A stretch of DNA of 64,000 nt from Acidobacteriota bacterium (GTDB lineage: Bacteria > Acidobacteriota > UBA6911). Shown piece after piece: positions 39,600 through 50,181 of the stretch. A program made the translations under genes and the position numbers. Location: the NCBI GenBank assembly GCA_963664705.1, contig OY761556.1, forward strand, positions 960,001 to 1,024,000, given 5' to 3'. Positions within the stretch are counted from its first letter, which is position 1; the number at the start of each line of letters is the position of its first letter. The notes under the pieces were generated by a model. It ran no database searches and was not told where the DNA came from. It saw only the letters and a list, made by a program, of their open reading frames with translations.

Positions 39600-42500
39600 G
39601 TGAAAGGACAGGCGGAATATCCAGATCATGCATCAGTAAAGACGCGGCGCATTGGCATTCTGATGCGGGCGATTCTGGCCTCCTCGCTGATCACTGTTCT
39701 TACGATTCTCATATTTGCCCTGTTTATTATCCCGCAGCAAAGAGAATCGCTCCTCAAGAGTCTGAAATCAAAGGCTGAAATCGTATCCACGTCTATCGCG
39801 GATGTTGCGGCGGGCGCGATTGTTGTTGAAGATTTCAGTACGGTGGTTGATCACTGCAGCAAGATCGTTGGAAATGGAGAATCCGTTCCCTATGTTATCG
39901 TAACGCGCAAGGATGGGTTCTCTCTTGTGCATCAGACAAGCGGGTGGACGACCAAAGAGCTGAATGGAGACTGGCGACCAACAGGCCTGCACTCTGCAGC
40001 GGGCAAGATTGTCAAAACGGACTTCTTCCCGGAAGAAGTGTACCAGTATTCCACTCCGTTTGTTTATTCAGGCATAGAATGGGGATGGATCCATGTGGGT
40101 CTTTCTCTCAACCAGTATAGGGCCGACTTGGGGGCTGGAAGACGCAGAATCTACGTATTGAGTTTTGCCTGCATGTTTATTGGTTTTTTGCTTGCCATTC
40201 TGTTCGGACGCCGGATGGCCGATCCCATCCGGCAATTGACCGGCATCACGGAACGAATCGCTAACGGAGATCTGTCCGTGAAGGCGAATATCCGATCGGG
40301 CGATGAAATCGAGAATCTGGGAAATTCATTTAACCGCATGACCGAAAGCCTCGGGCTTGCTCATTCTGAGCTGAAAGCTGCCAGGGATTATACGAGGAAT
40401 GTCATTCAGTCCATGAACGATATGCTCCTGGTTTGTTCGATGGGCAGGGAAATCATAACGGTTAACCGGACCGCCTGCGAGCTTCTCGGATATGCGGATT
40501 CGGAACTCGCGGGCAAATCCATAAGCGAAATTCTGCCTGACTTTGCCTCCGTGCATTTTGAATCCCAGCGAAATGTGGAGACTGTAATCCAGCCCAAAAA
40601 TGGTCAGCCTTTTCCGATCCTGTTGTCCAGCGCATTGATGACCAGCGAGCGCGGGAATGTGGAGGGCATCGTTTACGTAGCGCTCGATATCAGCGAGCGA
40701 AAGAAGACTGAAGAGATAAGGGCCATGCGAGAGGGGCAACTGCGCAGACAGAAAGAAGCCCTGGCACAGCTCGCAAGCATGAAATCCATCCATGACGGGG
40801 AATTTGAGGCGGCCGTAAAAAGCATTACTGAGGTATCCACCCACACATTGTCGGCCAGCCGGGCCAAGCTTTGGCTGATCACCGACGGCACGATCGTGGA
40901 TTGCTTTGATCACTATGAGCGGGATACCAATCGTCACATATCGGGCGGGACTCGTGACCTGTCCATATTCCCAAGTTTCATTGCAGCGCTTCATACGGAG
41001 CGCACCATTTCGATTAGCGATATCACGGAAGATCCAAGAACCAGGGAGATGGCTAAGCTTCACCTGAGCTCACAGGGTATCCAGTCGCTTCTTGATGCGC
41101 CGGTGAGGCTTTCCGGCAAGGTGGTTGGAGCCATCAGTATTGGAAGCCGCGAAAAGAGAGTCTGGACGCTGGAGGAACAGAGTTTTGTCGGGTCGCTGGC
41201 GGATCTGGCCTCTTTGGCTCTCGAATCCAGTAATCGACAAAAGGCTCAGGAGGAACTGAAGGCTGCGAAAGAAATGGCTGAGGCCGCCAATAAAGCGAAA
41301 TCGCTCTTCCTCGCAAATATGAGCCATGAGATTCGCACTCCGCTCAATGCCGTGATCGGGTATAGCGAGTTGCTGCAGGATGATGCCGAGGATCAGGGAC
41401 TGACGCAGTTTATTCCTGATCTGAAGAAAATTCATGGCGCCGGAAAACACCTGTTGTCGCTCATAAACGATATTCTGGATTTGTCCAAGATTGAAGCCGG
41501 CAAAATGCAGCTGGCGCCCGAACGGTTCAGCCTTTGTGACCTGCTCGCCGAGGTGGAATCCACCGCGAGACCGGTGGTTGAAAAGAATAGCAATGCCTTT
41601 GAGATCGAAGCGCGGAACGATCTGGGTACCGCGACAACAGACAGAACCAAGATCAGGCAGATTGTCCTGAACCTGCTAAGCAATGCGGGCAAGTTTACTG
41701 ATCATGGCACGATCAAACTCAGTGTTGTGCGCGAATCGGTCAAAGGGCGTGACTGGCTTCGATTCCGCGTCTCTGATACGGGTATTGGTATGGCTGCTGA
41801 AGATCAGAAGAAACTGTTTCAGGATTTCATGCAAGTTGATCCTTCCACCACCAGGAAGTATGGGGGGACCGGGCTTGGACTCGCGATCAGCAGAAAGTTC
41901 TGCGAGATGATGGGCGGTAGCATCGCCGTGGAAAGCGAATCAGGGCATGGATCGATATTTACAGTTTCCATCCCTTCGGAATTTTCGCAGGCGGATCCCG
42001 CGGTGCCCGAGAGCGTTGTCGAAATTCAGGGCAGCGACAAGAATGGAAGCCCGGCCAAGCGCAAAGTGCTGTTGATAGACGATGACAGCGAAGTCCGGGA
42101 ACTCCTGACCCGCTTCCTTACACGCGATGGATTTTCCGTCATCTCCTGTGCTACCGGGCTGGAAGGAATCCAAATTGCCAAAGAGCGGCGGCCGGATGCA
42201 ATTCTATTGGATGTATTGCTGAAGGATCTGGAAGGATGGGAGGTGCTGAAAAGGCTGAAGTCTGATCCTGAACTCCTTTCGATTCCGGTCGTCATGGTCA
42301 CGATCGTTGATGACACCAAGCGCGGGTATTCCCTTGGGGCATCCGGGTATCTCGTCAAGCCAGTGGATGCGATGCAATTGTCTGCACTTCTGTCTCAGTT
42401 GGGAAATCTTGGTATGCCTGGCCACGTTCTGGTTGTGGATGACGATGCGGATAGCCGGGAGTATATTGACCGGCTGCTGCGTGGCTGGGGCTGGCGGGTG

Positions 42501-42818
42501 ACAACCGCGGAAAATGGCTGCCAAGCATTTGATTCTGTTTTGACCGAGACTCCGGACCTGATTATTCTGGATCTCCTGATGCCTGAGATGGATGGGTTCG
42601 AGTTCCTCAACCGGCTGCGGTCTGAAGAGAAATGGAGAATGATACCGGTTGTAGTGGAGAGCGCCATGGAACTGACTCCGCAGCAGCTCGAGTTCCTGAA
42701 GGAAAATGTTTCCAATGTTGTTTTTAAAGCGGCCGATTCGCAGGGCGAATGGGTTTCCAGCCTGGCAAACTCCATTCGATCGTGCGCGCTTAGAAGTGAG
42801 AATGTTTCCATTCACTAA
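39600..42818 (+). CDS. hybrid sensor histidine kinase (sensor-HAMP-PAS-GAF-HisKA-HATPase-REC-REC)
   Basis: Paralogue of the kinase at 33619, plus two receivers (VLLIDDD..LLDV; VLVVDDD..ILDLLMP). Confidence 0.93.
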   Translation: MKGQAEYPDHASVKTRRIGILMRAILASSLITVLTILIFALFIIPQQRESLLKSLKSKAEIVSTSIADVAAGAIVVEDFSTVVDHCSKIVGNGESVPYVIVTRKDGFSLVHQTSGWTTKELNGDWRPTGLHSAAGKIVKTDFFPEEVYQYSTPFVYSGIEWGWIHVGLSLNQYRADLGAGRRRIYVLSFACMFIGFLLAILFGRRMADPIRQLTGITERIANGDLSVKANIRSGDEIENLGNSFNRMTESLGLAHSELKAARDYTRNVIQSMNDMLLVCSMGREIITVNRTACELLGYADSELAGKSISEILPDFASVHFESQRNVETVIQPKNGQPFPILLSSALMTSERGNVEGIVYVALDISERKKTEEIRAMREGQLRRQKEALAQLASMKSIHDGEFEAAVKSITEVSTHTLSASRAKLWLITDGTIVDCFDHYERDTNRHISGGTRDLSIFPSFIAALHTERTISISDITEDPRTREMAKLHLSSQGIQSLLDAPVRLSGKVVGAISIGSREKRVWTLEEQSFVGSLADLASLALESSNRQKAQEELKAAKEMAEAANKAKSLFLANMSHEIRTPLNAVIGYSELLQDDAEDQGLTQFIPDLKKIHGAGKHLLSLINDILDLSKIEAGKMQLAPERFSLCDLLAEVESTARPVVEKNSNAFEIEARNDLGTATTDRTKIRQIVLNLLSNAGKFTDHGTIKLSVVRESVKGRDWLRFRVSDTGIGMAAEDQKKLFQDFMQVDPSTTRKYGGTGLGLAISRKFCEMMGGSIAVESESGHGSIFTVSIPSEFSQADPAVPESVVEIQGSDKNGSPAKRKVLLIDDDSEVRELLTRFLTRDGFSVISCATGLEGIQIAKERRPDAILLDVLLKDLEGWEVLKRLKSDPELLSIPVVMVTIVDDTKRGYSLGASGYLVKPVDAMQLSALLSQLGNLGMPGHVLVVDDDADSREYIDRLLRGWGWRVTTAENGCQAFDSVLTETPDLIILDLLMPEMDGFEFLNRLRSEEKWRMIPVVVESAMELTPQQLEFLKENVSNVVFKAADSQGEWVSSLANSIRSCALRSENVSIH

Positions 42819-42883
42819 CTACTGAATATGGGAGATGCGAGGGAATCGTATCCAGCCCAAACCGGAAAGGTGTCTGAAGTCTG

Positions 42884-43810
42884 ATGCTTATTGAAAGGAG
42901 GATGTTCATCAAGGGAGCGCTGGGCATGGGATCGCTGTTCCTGTCCGCTGCCCATGCACAGCAAAAGAGCATCGTGGCGAGTTTCAACATTGCATTCAGT
43001 TCCGGTTTATTTGCGGATGTGAACCCAACGGATGCGATGGCGGCCGCAAAAGCCTGGTCGAATGCCCTGGGGCGAAAGAGGGGATTTATAATTTCTGAAC
43101 CGATCGTGTTCAGCGATACGGCCGCTGCTATTGAAGCACTCCGAAACCAGCGTGTCGATATCGCGACCCTGCTGACGCGAGAATACCTGGAAATAAGAGA
43201 GAAGGTTGCCTTGACTCCTCAGTTTATCCCCAAAAGGAGAGGGCACACCCAGCAGGATTCTCTTATCCTGGTGAACAATCAGAGCGGTTTTAGCCGGATT
43301 GAGGATCTTGCTCAAAAAGACATTCTTCTGCTTGCCGGGATGGAAGGAAGCCTGGGAAGGACATGGCTCGAAAATACACTGATTGAAAAAGGGCACTCTT
43401 CGATTGAGAGGTTCTTTCGCAAATCGATGTCGGTTCAGAAGGCCAGCCGGGCAGTATTGCCGGTATATTTTCGACAGGCGGATGCCTGCCTGGTGACGCG
43501 GGATGGCTTTGAAACGATGGTGGAACTGAATCCGCAACTCCGAAGCCAACTGAGGGTTCTTGATGCTTCTCCTGCCTTTATGCCTGCCCTTATTTGTACC
43601 AGGGGAGATTACGAATCACCCTACAAGCAGTCCGCGCTCGAAGCCGTCAGGGAATTGCCTGCCGAGCCCGGGGGGCAGCAACTTCTGATGCTTTTCAAAA
43701 TCGACGAACTTGTCCCGTTTGACCATTCATGCCTGGATAGTGCGCGGCAATTACTTACGCTCAATGCAAAGCTCAAAGAGCAAATGCGCCGAAAAGGGGC
43801 CGCCGGATAA
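42884..43810 (+). CDS. PhnD-like periplasmic binding protein, paralogue 4 (Tat-type signal)
   Basis: ERRMFIK N-terminus; DAMAAAKAW, VLPVYF and ELNPQL motifs. Confidence 0.8.
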   Translation: MLIERRMFIKGALGMGSLFLSAAHAQQKSIVASFNIAFSSGLFADVNPTDAMAAAKAWSNALGRKRGFIISEPIVFSDTAAAIEALRNQRVDIATLLTREYLEIREKVALTPQFIPKRRGHTQQDSLILVNNQSGFSRIEDLAQKDILLLAGMEGSLGRTWLENTLIEKGHSSIERFFRKSMSVQKASRAVLPVYFRQADACLVTRDGFETMVELNPQLRSQLRVLDASPAFMPALICTRGDYESPYKQSALEAVRELPAEPGGQQLLMLFKIDELVPFDHSCLDSARQLLTLNAKLKEQMRRKGAAG

Positions 43811-44739
43811 TGTGGGATCGCGAAAATCGAAGAGCATTCCTTCGTTGCGCTTTGGGGATGCTGCCCTTATCGGTAATGACCGGACTGGCACAGCAGAAAG
43901 GCGGGATTGCGCCCATCCATGTTGCATTCAGCGGAGGTTTGTTTGTCGATGTCAATACAACAGATGCGCTTGCCGCGACAAGGGTCTGGGCAAGGGCTAT
44001 TGCCCAGAAAAAGGGATTTGAGATAGAGGATCCGTATATACTCGAGGACACCTCAACTGCCAGTGAAGCTTTCCGTGATCAACGCATTGATATCGCCGCC
44101 ATCTTGACCAGGGAATATCTGGAAATCCGGGATAAGGTTACGCTCACTCCCTATTTTGCGGCCAAACGAAATGGTCGGGTGCAGCAGGACTGTCTGCTGG
44201 TCGTCCACGCGCAGAGCGGAATCAATCGAATTGAAGACCTGGCGGGGAAAGACATCCTGATATTTGCCAGCATGGAGGGGAGCCTTGGCAGGGTGTGGCT
44301 TGAAAACATCCTTTTGGAAAAAGGGTTTGCTTCCTGCGAAAAATATTTCAGGCATGTTACGCTATTGCAGAAGGTGAGCCGTACGGTATTGCCGGTGTAT
44401 TTTCGCCAGGCCGACGCGTGCCTTGTGACACGATACGGGTATGAAACAATGGCAGAGCTGAACCCGCAGCTGAAAAGCCAATTGAAAGTTGTCGCCGTCT
44501 CTCCGGCCTTTATGTCTGCCGTGATATGCGCGCGAGCCAATTTCGAATCGCCGTATAAACAGATGGTTCTCGATGCTTTGCGCACCCTGCATTTGGACCC
44601 AAAGGGCCAGCAGTTGCTGATGCTGTTCAAGATCGATGAAAGCTATCCCTACGATCCCTCCTATCTGGAAAGTGCCCGGCAGATCATGGCGCAGAATGCA
44701 AAGCTGAAGGAGCAGATGCGCCACAAATCGGGCGTGTGA
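43810..44739 (+). CDS. PhnD-like periplasmic binding protein, paralogue 5 (Tat-type signal)
   Basis: NRRAFLR N-terminus; closely similar to paralogue 4. Confidence 0.8.
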   Translation: MWDRENRRAFLRCALGMLPLSVMTGLAQQKGGIAPIHVAFSGGLFVDVNTTDALAATRVWARAIAQKKGFEIEDPYILEDTSTASEAFRDQRIDIAAILTREYLEIRDKVTLTPYFAAKRNGRVQQDCLLVVHAQSGINRIEDLAGKDILIFASMEGSLGRVWLENILLEKGFASCEKYFRHVTLLQKVSRTVLPVYFRQADACLVTRYGYETMAELNPQLKSQLKVVAVSPAFMSAVICARANFESPYKQMVLDALRTLHLDPKGQQLLMLFKIDESYPYDPSYLESARQIMAQNAKLKEQMRHKSGV

Positions 44740-44859
44740 ATTTCCGATTACTGGAAGAGCACTGGGCGCGCCATCGTCTCACAGGCAAGGGATGTGGCAG
44801 CGTGAATAACGCTGATGCCGCCGGAACGGCGACGGTACCGGTGGACGCTTACGGCAATC

Positions 44860-47295
44860 CTAAGTCCGCCCTGAGGATGGCTTCTGCAATACCTTCAATC
44901 GCGCCCGATGGTGCTGTGCCATGAGCAATTCCGTAGCCTGTTGTGCATTGACCGGCTTGGAGAAGTAATAGCCTTGCGCGAATTCACATCCCAGTTCCCG
45001 CAAAAGCACAGCCTGTTCCGCCGTTTCGACGCCCTCGGCAATCACCTTCATCCCAAGGTTCCTGCCCAGGGTAATAATCGCTCGCACAATCTCGTCATCT
45101 TCCATCATTCGGGAAACGAAAGATCGATCTATCTTCAGGCTGTCCAGGGGGAAACGATGGAGATAGCTCAGCGATGAATAGCCCGTGCCGAAATCATCCA
45201 TGGCAAGCTTGATGCCGAGAGACTTCAGTTGAGCCATGACGTCAATGGCTGCTTCCGGATTCGGCATCATAGCGCTTTCAGTGACCTCGAGATTCAGGCT
45301 GCCGGGTGAAAGCTCCGTTTGTTTCAGGATGAGGCGGCAATGATCGATCAGTTCAGGCTGCAGAAAATGGCGTGCCGACAGATTGACGCTGATCAGGAGA
45401 GGATGATCCCCAGGGAATCGGTATTGCCAGGTCCGCATCTGCCGGGCGGCAGTTTCGAGAACCCACTTGCCAATGGGAACGATAAGTCCGGTCTCTTCGG
45501 CAACGGGAATGAATTCATTGGGTGAAACAAATCCCCGGGTCGGATGCCGCCAGCGCACAAGGGCTTCAAACCCCCATATTCTTGCTGTTTCCAGGGATAC
45601 TACCATTTGATAGTGGACATCGAACTCATCTCGTTCCAAGGCGCGGCGAAGCTCGGTTTCGAGTTGCAGGCGCGCGATGGTACTGGCCCGCATGTTGGAG
45701 TCGAATATCTCAAAGCGGCCTTTACCGAGAGCTTTTGCGCGGTACATGGCTGTGTCCGCATCTCGAAGCATCTCTTCCGGGGATTGATACGAGTCATTAT
45801 ACAGAGCGATTCCCATGCTGACAGTCGGGAATAGTTCCTGGCCCCCGATAACGAAAGGCTGGGAAAGCTCTGTGAGGATGCGTTCAGCCACGCGTGTGGC
45901 TTCCAGGGCTCCGGGGATTTCCTCCAACAGGATGGTGAATTCATCCCCACCGAGCCGGGCAATCGTATTGTTGCGGCTGAAGCGGGAAACACTGTCTCCC
46001 GATCGAACGGTGGCTTCCAGCCTGCCCGCGATGGCGACGAGAACCTGGTCGCCCATCAAATGTCCCAGGCTGTCGTTAATGAGTTTGAAGCTGTCCAAGT
46101 CCAGGAAAATCAGGGCGAGAGTTTTGTCCTTGTGGCGGCGCACACGCGCAAACGACCGTTCCAGCCTGTCCATGAAGAGGACGCGGTTGGGCAGACCGGT
46201 GAGGACATCTACGACCTTGCCCTGTGTGATGTCGGTTTGAGAGCCGGCCATACGATAGGTCTTTCCAGAATTATCCCGAATTGCCAGGGCGCGGCCAAGC
46301 ATCCAAAGGTAATTTCCATCGCGATGCAATATGCGATATTCCCCTTCGTAGTGCGCCGTTACTTCCTCCATGTGGGCATTGACTTCGGTACGGACCCGAT
46401 CGATATCATCGGGATGAATGCGACTGAAAAACTCCTCAGGACTGTCGCTGATTTCGTGTTCTTTCCATCCAAGCATGGATTTCCAGCGCGGCGAGAAATG
46501 GATTCGGTTGGAGGTCAGATCCCAGTCCCAGAGGCCGTCGTTGGCTGCCTTGGCGGCGAGGACATACCGCTCTTCGCTTTCGCGCAATTCCTTGTCGCGC
46601 AGTTGAATCTGCTGCAGCATGTCGTTAAAGCCGTCAATCATCACTCCGATCTCTCCGCCCGTGTCTTTCGCAGCGCGCAAGGCGTAATCTCTTTCGGAGG
46701 ATATGCGCTTGGTAATGGACGCCAGGTTCAGGATTGGCGCGGATATGACCTGCTGCAGCCTGGAAGCGAGAATCCATGCCCCGACCAGAGATAAAACCAT
46801 TACAAGTCCGATGGTGCCCAAAAAGCGGAGTAATCTGGAGTAGATTTCCCGAGTGTCTGAATCGATATAGAGCGTTCCAACAGGCTCATCATTGAGGCGG
46901 ATCGTTTTGTATATTCGAACCTGATCCTTTTCCCAATAACTACCCTCGGCGGAGGGACTGTCCGGGAAAGTGACGGCGAGCAGCGGATCCCGCACATAGG
47001 TGGCAAAGAGCTTCCCGCTCTGATCATACAGACAGGCGCTGACTACGTGCGATTCGGCGCTCAAAGCCTGCAGATTGCCTGCCGCTGCCTTCTGATCGTT
47101 AAAAAGCAAAGCCGCGCCGCTGTTGGACTCTATAGCCCGGGCGAGAACGGTCAACCGCTGAATGATCGTCCCTTTGGTGATGAACCGGTCGTAGCTGACA
47201 AGTGCGGAGGCAGTAAGGAAGAGCGCAACCGTGGTCGTCGACATGATGATGACGATGAGTTTTTTCTTGATGGACCACTCCCCGAAGGGATTCAT
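44860..47295 (-). CDS. membrane diguanylate cyclase/phosphodiesterase (YfiN-like periplasmic sensor-HAMP-PAS-GGDEF-EAL)
   Basis: Two TM segments around a periplasmic domain; intact GGDEF, EAL and DDFGTGYSS motifs. Confidence 0.92.
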   Translation of the reverse strand: MNPFGEWSIKKKLIVIIMSTTTVALFLTASALVSYDRFITKGTIIQRLTVLARAIESNSGAALLFNDQKAAAGNLQALSAESHVVSACLYDQSGKLFATYVRDPLLAVTFPDSPSAEGSYWEKDQVRIYKTIRLNDEPVGTLYIDSDTREIYSRLLRFLGTIGLVMVLSLVGAWILASRLQQVISAPILNLASITKRISSERDYALRAAKDTGGEIGVMIDGFNDMLQQIQLRDKELRESEERYVLAAKAANDGLWDWDLTSNRIHFSPRWKSMLGWKEHEISDSPEEFFSRIHPDDIDRVRTEVNAHMEEVTAHYEGEYRILHRDGNYLWMLGRALAIRDNSGKTYRMAGSQTDITQGKVVDVLTGLPNRVLFMDRLERSFARVRRHKDKTLALIFLDLDSFKLINDSLGHLMGDQVLVAIAGRLEATVRSGDSVSRFSRNNTIARLGGDEFTILLEEIPGALEATRVAERILTELSQPFVIGGQELFPTVSMGIALYNDSYQSPEEMLRDADTAMYRAKALGKGRFEIFDSNMRASTIARLQLETELRRALERDEFDVHYQMVVSLETARIWGFEALVRWRHPTRGFVSPNEFIPVAEETGLIVPIGKWVLETAARQMRTWQYRFPGDHPLLISVNLSARHFLQPELIDHCRLILKQTELSPGSLNLEVTESAMMPNPEAAIDVMAQLKSLGIKLAMDDFGTGYSSLSYLHRFPLDSLKIDRSFVSRMMEDDEIVRAIITLGRNLGMKVIAEGVETAEQAVLLRELGCEFAQGYYFSKPVNAQQATELLMAQHHRARLKVLQKPSSGRT

Positions 47296-47608
47296 ACTGC
47301 AACCTCTATTTCACTCGAACCGGCGATGACCGATAGTTCTCCGGAGACCGTAGTTCTCGAGTTGTATGAATTGAAAATCAATCGGCGGCCCCCCCCCAAT
47401 ACGACTGTTCGCCGATTCGCCAACTTGACGCTCAAAACCAGCGTCCCGAAGCGGAAAATAAGGCAGCTAAATACGCGCAGACCCTGTGCCTCGCCTGCCG
47501 GTCGCGATAGGCATATCGGCAGCGAACCCCAGGGCGAATAGCCCCGTGATGGGTTCATTTATATGTACTTGTTCAGATTTCTGGAATCTGGTTTCACCCG
47601 CTTAAGCA

Positions 47609-49774
47609 TCAAGCCATTTGCGTGATCTCAGCGGCACAAGTCGTGGGGGCTGCTGTCTCCATCCATTTGGGAATAGCCTGTGTCCCCGGTAACAGCGCAG
47701 TCGCATGCTGGGCGGCCAGAAGATCTGTGGCCTGCTCTGCATTGATTGGCGTGGAGAAGAAATATCCCTGGGCATATTCGCAGCCCAAATCTCTCAATCG
47801 GATCGCCTGTTCAATGGTCTCAACCCCTTCTGCGATCACCCTCAATCCCAGATTGCGTCCCAGCACAATGATGGTCCGGACAATTTCGTCGTCTTCCATC
47901 ATTCTGGATACAAAGGACATGTCGATTTTAAGACTGTCGAGAGGGAAACGGTGCAGGTAGCTCAACGAGGAATAGCCGGTGCCGAAATCATCCAGCGCAA
48001 TCTTGATTCCGAGAGCCTTCAGTTGCGTCATAACGTCGATGGCGGATTCCGGATCCGGCATCATGGCACTTTCCGTAACCTCCAGGGTAAGGCTCTTGTT
48101 GGACAATCGGGTTTTTTCCAGGATTCTACGGCATTGGTCAATTAACTCGGGCTGCAGGAAGTGCCGGGCGGACAGGTTCACGCTCATGCGAAGCGGGGGA
48201 TTTTCCAAAAAGCGCGCCTGCCACAGCTGCAGTTGCTGCGCTGCATTTTCAAGCACCCACTGGCCCATGGGAACAATTAGGCCGGTCTCTTCCGCGATCG
48301 GGATGAAATCCTTCGGCGAAACAAGACCTCTGGTCGGGTGATTCCAGCGAATCAGAGATTCGAATCCGAATATTTTTCCGGTCTGAAGCGAAATGATACT
48401 CTGGTAGTGGTTCTCAAATTCCAGGCGCTCCAGACCTTTCCTTAACTCCGTTTCCAGTTGCAGCCGCGCAATTGTATTGGCGCGCATATTGGAATCAAAG
48501 ATTTCGAAGCGGCCTTTGCCCAGGGCTTTTGCGCTATACATGGCCGTATCGGCATCACGCAGCAATTCTTCGGGGATCTGATAGGACGGGTTATAGAGCG
48601 CGATTCCCATGCTTGCGGTAGGGAACATCTCCTGTCCACCGATTACAAATGGCTGAGAGAGCTCCGTTGAAAGGCGTTCTGCCACCCGCAGTGCATCCGC
48701 TGGCCCTGAAATTTCTTCCAGCAGGATGGTGAACTCGTCCCCTCCAAGCCTGGCGATGGTGTTGTTGCGCCCAAAACGTGCCACGCTATCGCCGGAACGC
48801 ACTGTGGATTCCAGCCGTCCCGCGATGGCAACCAGCAATTGATCCCCCACCAGATGGCCTAGACTGTCATTGATCAGCTTGAAATCATCCAGATCGAGGA
48901 AAATCAATGCCAGGGTCCTGTCCTTGCGTATCCTTGCCCGATCAAAGGAACGGGCAAGTCTATCCATGAAGAGAACCCGATTCGGCAGACCGGTAAGGAC
49001 ATCGACTACCTTTCCTCTCGTGATGTCGGTCTGAGATCCTGCCATCCGGTATGCTTTGCCGCTGTCATCTCTGACCGCAAAAGCACGGCCGAGCATCCAT
49101 AGGTAGTTGCCGTCCCGATGAAGAATGCGGTATTCGTCTTCGTAGTGAGTGGTCAATTCTTCCAGGTAGGCACTGATATCAGAGCGAACGCGATCGACAT
49201 CATCCGGGTGAATCCGGCTGAACCATTCATCGGGGCTGTCGCCGATCTCGTGTTCCTCCCATCCCAGCATCGATTTCCAGCGAGGCGAGAAGTAGACTTT
49301 GCCGGTGGTCAGATCCCAATCCCAGAGGCCGTCATTGGCGGCTCTGGCGGCAAGCGAATACCGCTCCTCGCTTTCATGCAGCGCTTTTTCCGTATGCTTG
49401 CGCGATAACTGTGTTTGAATTCGCGCGAGGGCAACGGGGAAATCGATTGGTTTGGTTACATAGTCATTCGCACCGGCCTCCAGTGCGGTCACCACATCTT
49501 CGCTGCTGGATTTGCCTGTAACCATGATCACAGGGAGTTGCGCCGGCGTGTGCGATTTGCGAATGACCTGCAGCACCTCCAGGCCATTCATCTCGGGCAT
49601 CTCAACATCCAGCAATACGAGATCGACGGTGTTGGATTCCAGCCAGTCGATGGCTTCTCTACCATTAGCCGCCAGGAATATGTTGAAGCCACGCTTGGAC
49701 AGCCGTCTGGACATCAAATCACGATTTAGCGGTTCATCATCGACAACCAACAATGAATCCGGTCCTGAACTCAT
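47609..49774 (-). CDS. response-regulator diguanylate cyclase/phosphodiesterase (REC-PAS-GGDEF-EAL)
   Basis: LVVDD..LLDVEMP..KP receiver; GGDEF; ESL variant of EAL; DDFGTGYSS. Confidence 0.93.
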   Translation of the reverse strand: MSSGPDSLLVVDDEPLNRDLMSRRLSKRGFNIFLAANGREAIDWLESNTVDLVLLDVEMPEMNGLEVLQVIRKSHTPAQLPVIMVTGKSSSEDVVTALEAGANDYVTKPIDFPVALARIQTQLSRKHTEKALHESEERYSLAARAANDGLWDWDLTTGKVYFSPRWKSMLGWEEHEIGDSPDEWFSRIHPDDVDRVRSDISAYLEELTTHYEDEYRILHRDGNYLWMLGRAFAVRDDSGKAYRMAGSQTDITRGKVVDVLTGLPNRVLFMDRLARSFDRARIRKDRTLALIFLDLDDFKLINDSLGHLVGDQLLVAIAGRLESTVRSGDSVARFGRNNTIARLGGDEFTILLEEISGPADALRVAERLSTELSQPFVIGGQEMFPTASMGIALYNPSYQIPEELLRDADTAMYSAKALGKGRFEIFDSNMRANTIARLQLETELRKGLERLEFENHYQSIISLQTGKIFGFESLIRWNHPTRGLVSPKDFIPIAEETGLIVPMGQWVLENAAQQLQLWQARFLENPPLRMSVNLSARHFLQPELIDQCRRILEKTRLSNKSLTLEVTESAMMPDPESAIDVMTQLKALGIKIALDDFGTGYSSLSYLHRFPLDSLKIDMSFVSRMMEDDEIVRTIIVLGRNLGLRVIAEGVETIEQAIRLRDLGCEYAQGYFFSTPINAEQATDLLAAQHATALLPGTQAIPKWMETAAPTTCAAEITQMA

Positions 49775-50148
49775 GAAGTCGCCTCAATCTGCAGGAGAGT
49801 TTCCATCTTTTTCAACAAACGTGGCATTTCTACCGGCTTGATATCATATTCGTCAAATCCGGCCTCCAGAGCCCGGTTCCGGTCCGAAACCAGCGCATGT
49901 GCTGTGAGTGCCACAACGGGAATTTCTTTCATTTTGGGATCCTGCTTGAGGTACTTCAATACTTCCCAGCCATCCATTTCCGGCAGGCTGAGATCCAGCA
50001 GAATCAGGTCCGGTGATTGCTCGCTGGCCATGCGCAGGCCCTCTTTCCCATCCACCGCCATACTAACGTCATATCCGCGGCGAATAAGTCGGCGCGACAG
50101 CATGTCCCGGTTCAGTTCATTGTCTTCGACAAGCAAGATGCGCTTCAC
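49771..50148 (-). CDS. single-domain response regulator (DivK/CheY-like)
   Basis: ILLVEDN, LLDLSLP, ALTAHA and KP motifs. Confidence 0.93.
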   Translation of the reverse strand: MKRILLVEDNELNRDMLSRRLIRRGYDVSMAVDGKEGLRMASEQSPDLILLDLSLPEMDGWEVLKYLKQDPKMKEIPVVALTAHALVSDRNRALEAGFDEYDIKPVEMPRLLKKMETLLQIEATS

Positions 50149-50181
50149 AACAGCCCTCCCGATTTTGCCATCCGGCTTCCA

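Noticed and set aside
47292-47558. 88-aa minus-strand ORF; also a possible HDV-like ribozyme fold
   Set aside because: The ORF has no RBS or motif, and the nested pseudoknot pairings could not be completed.
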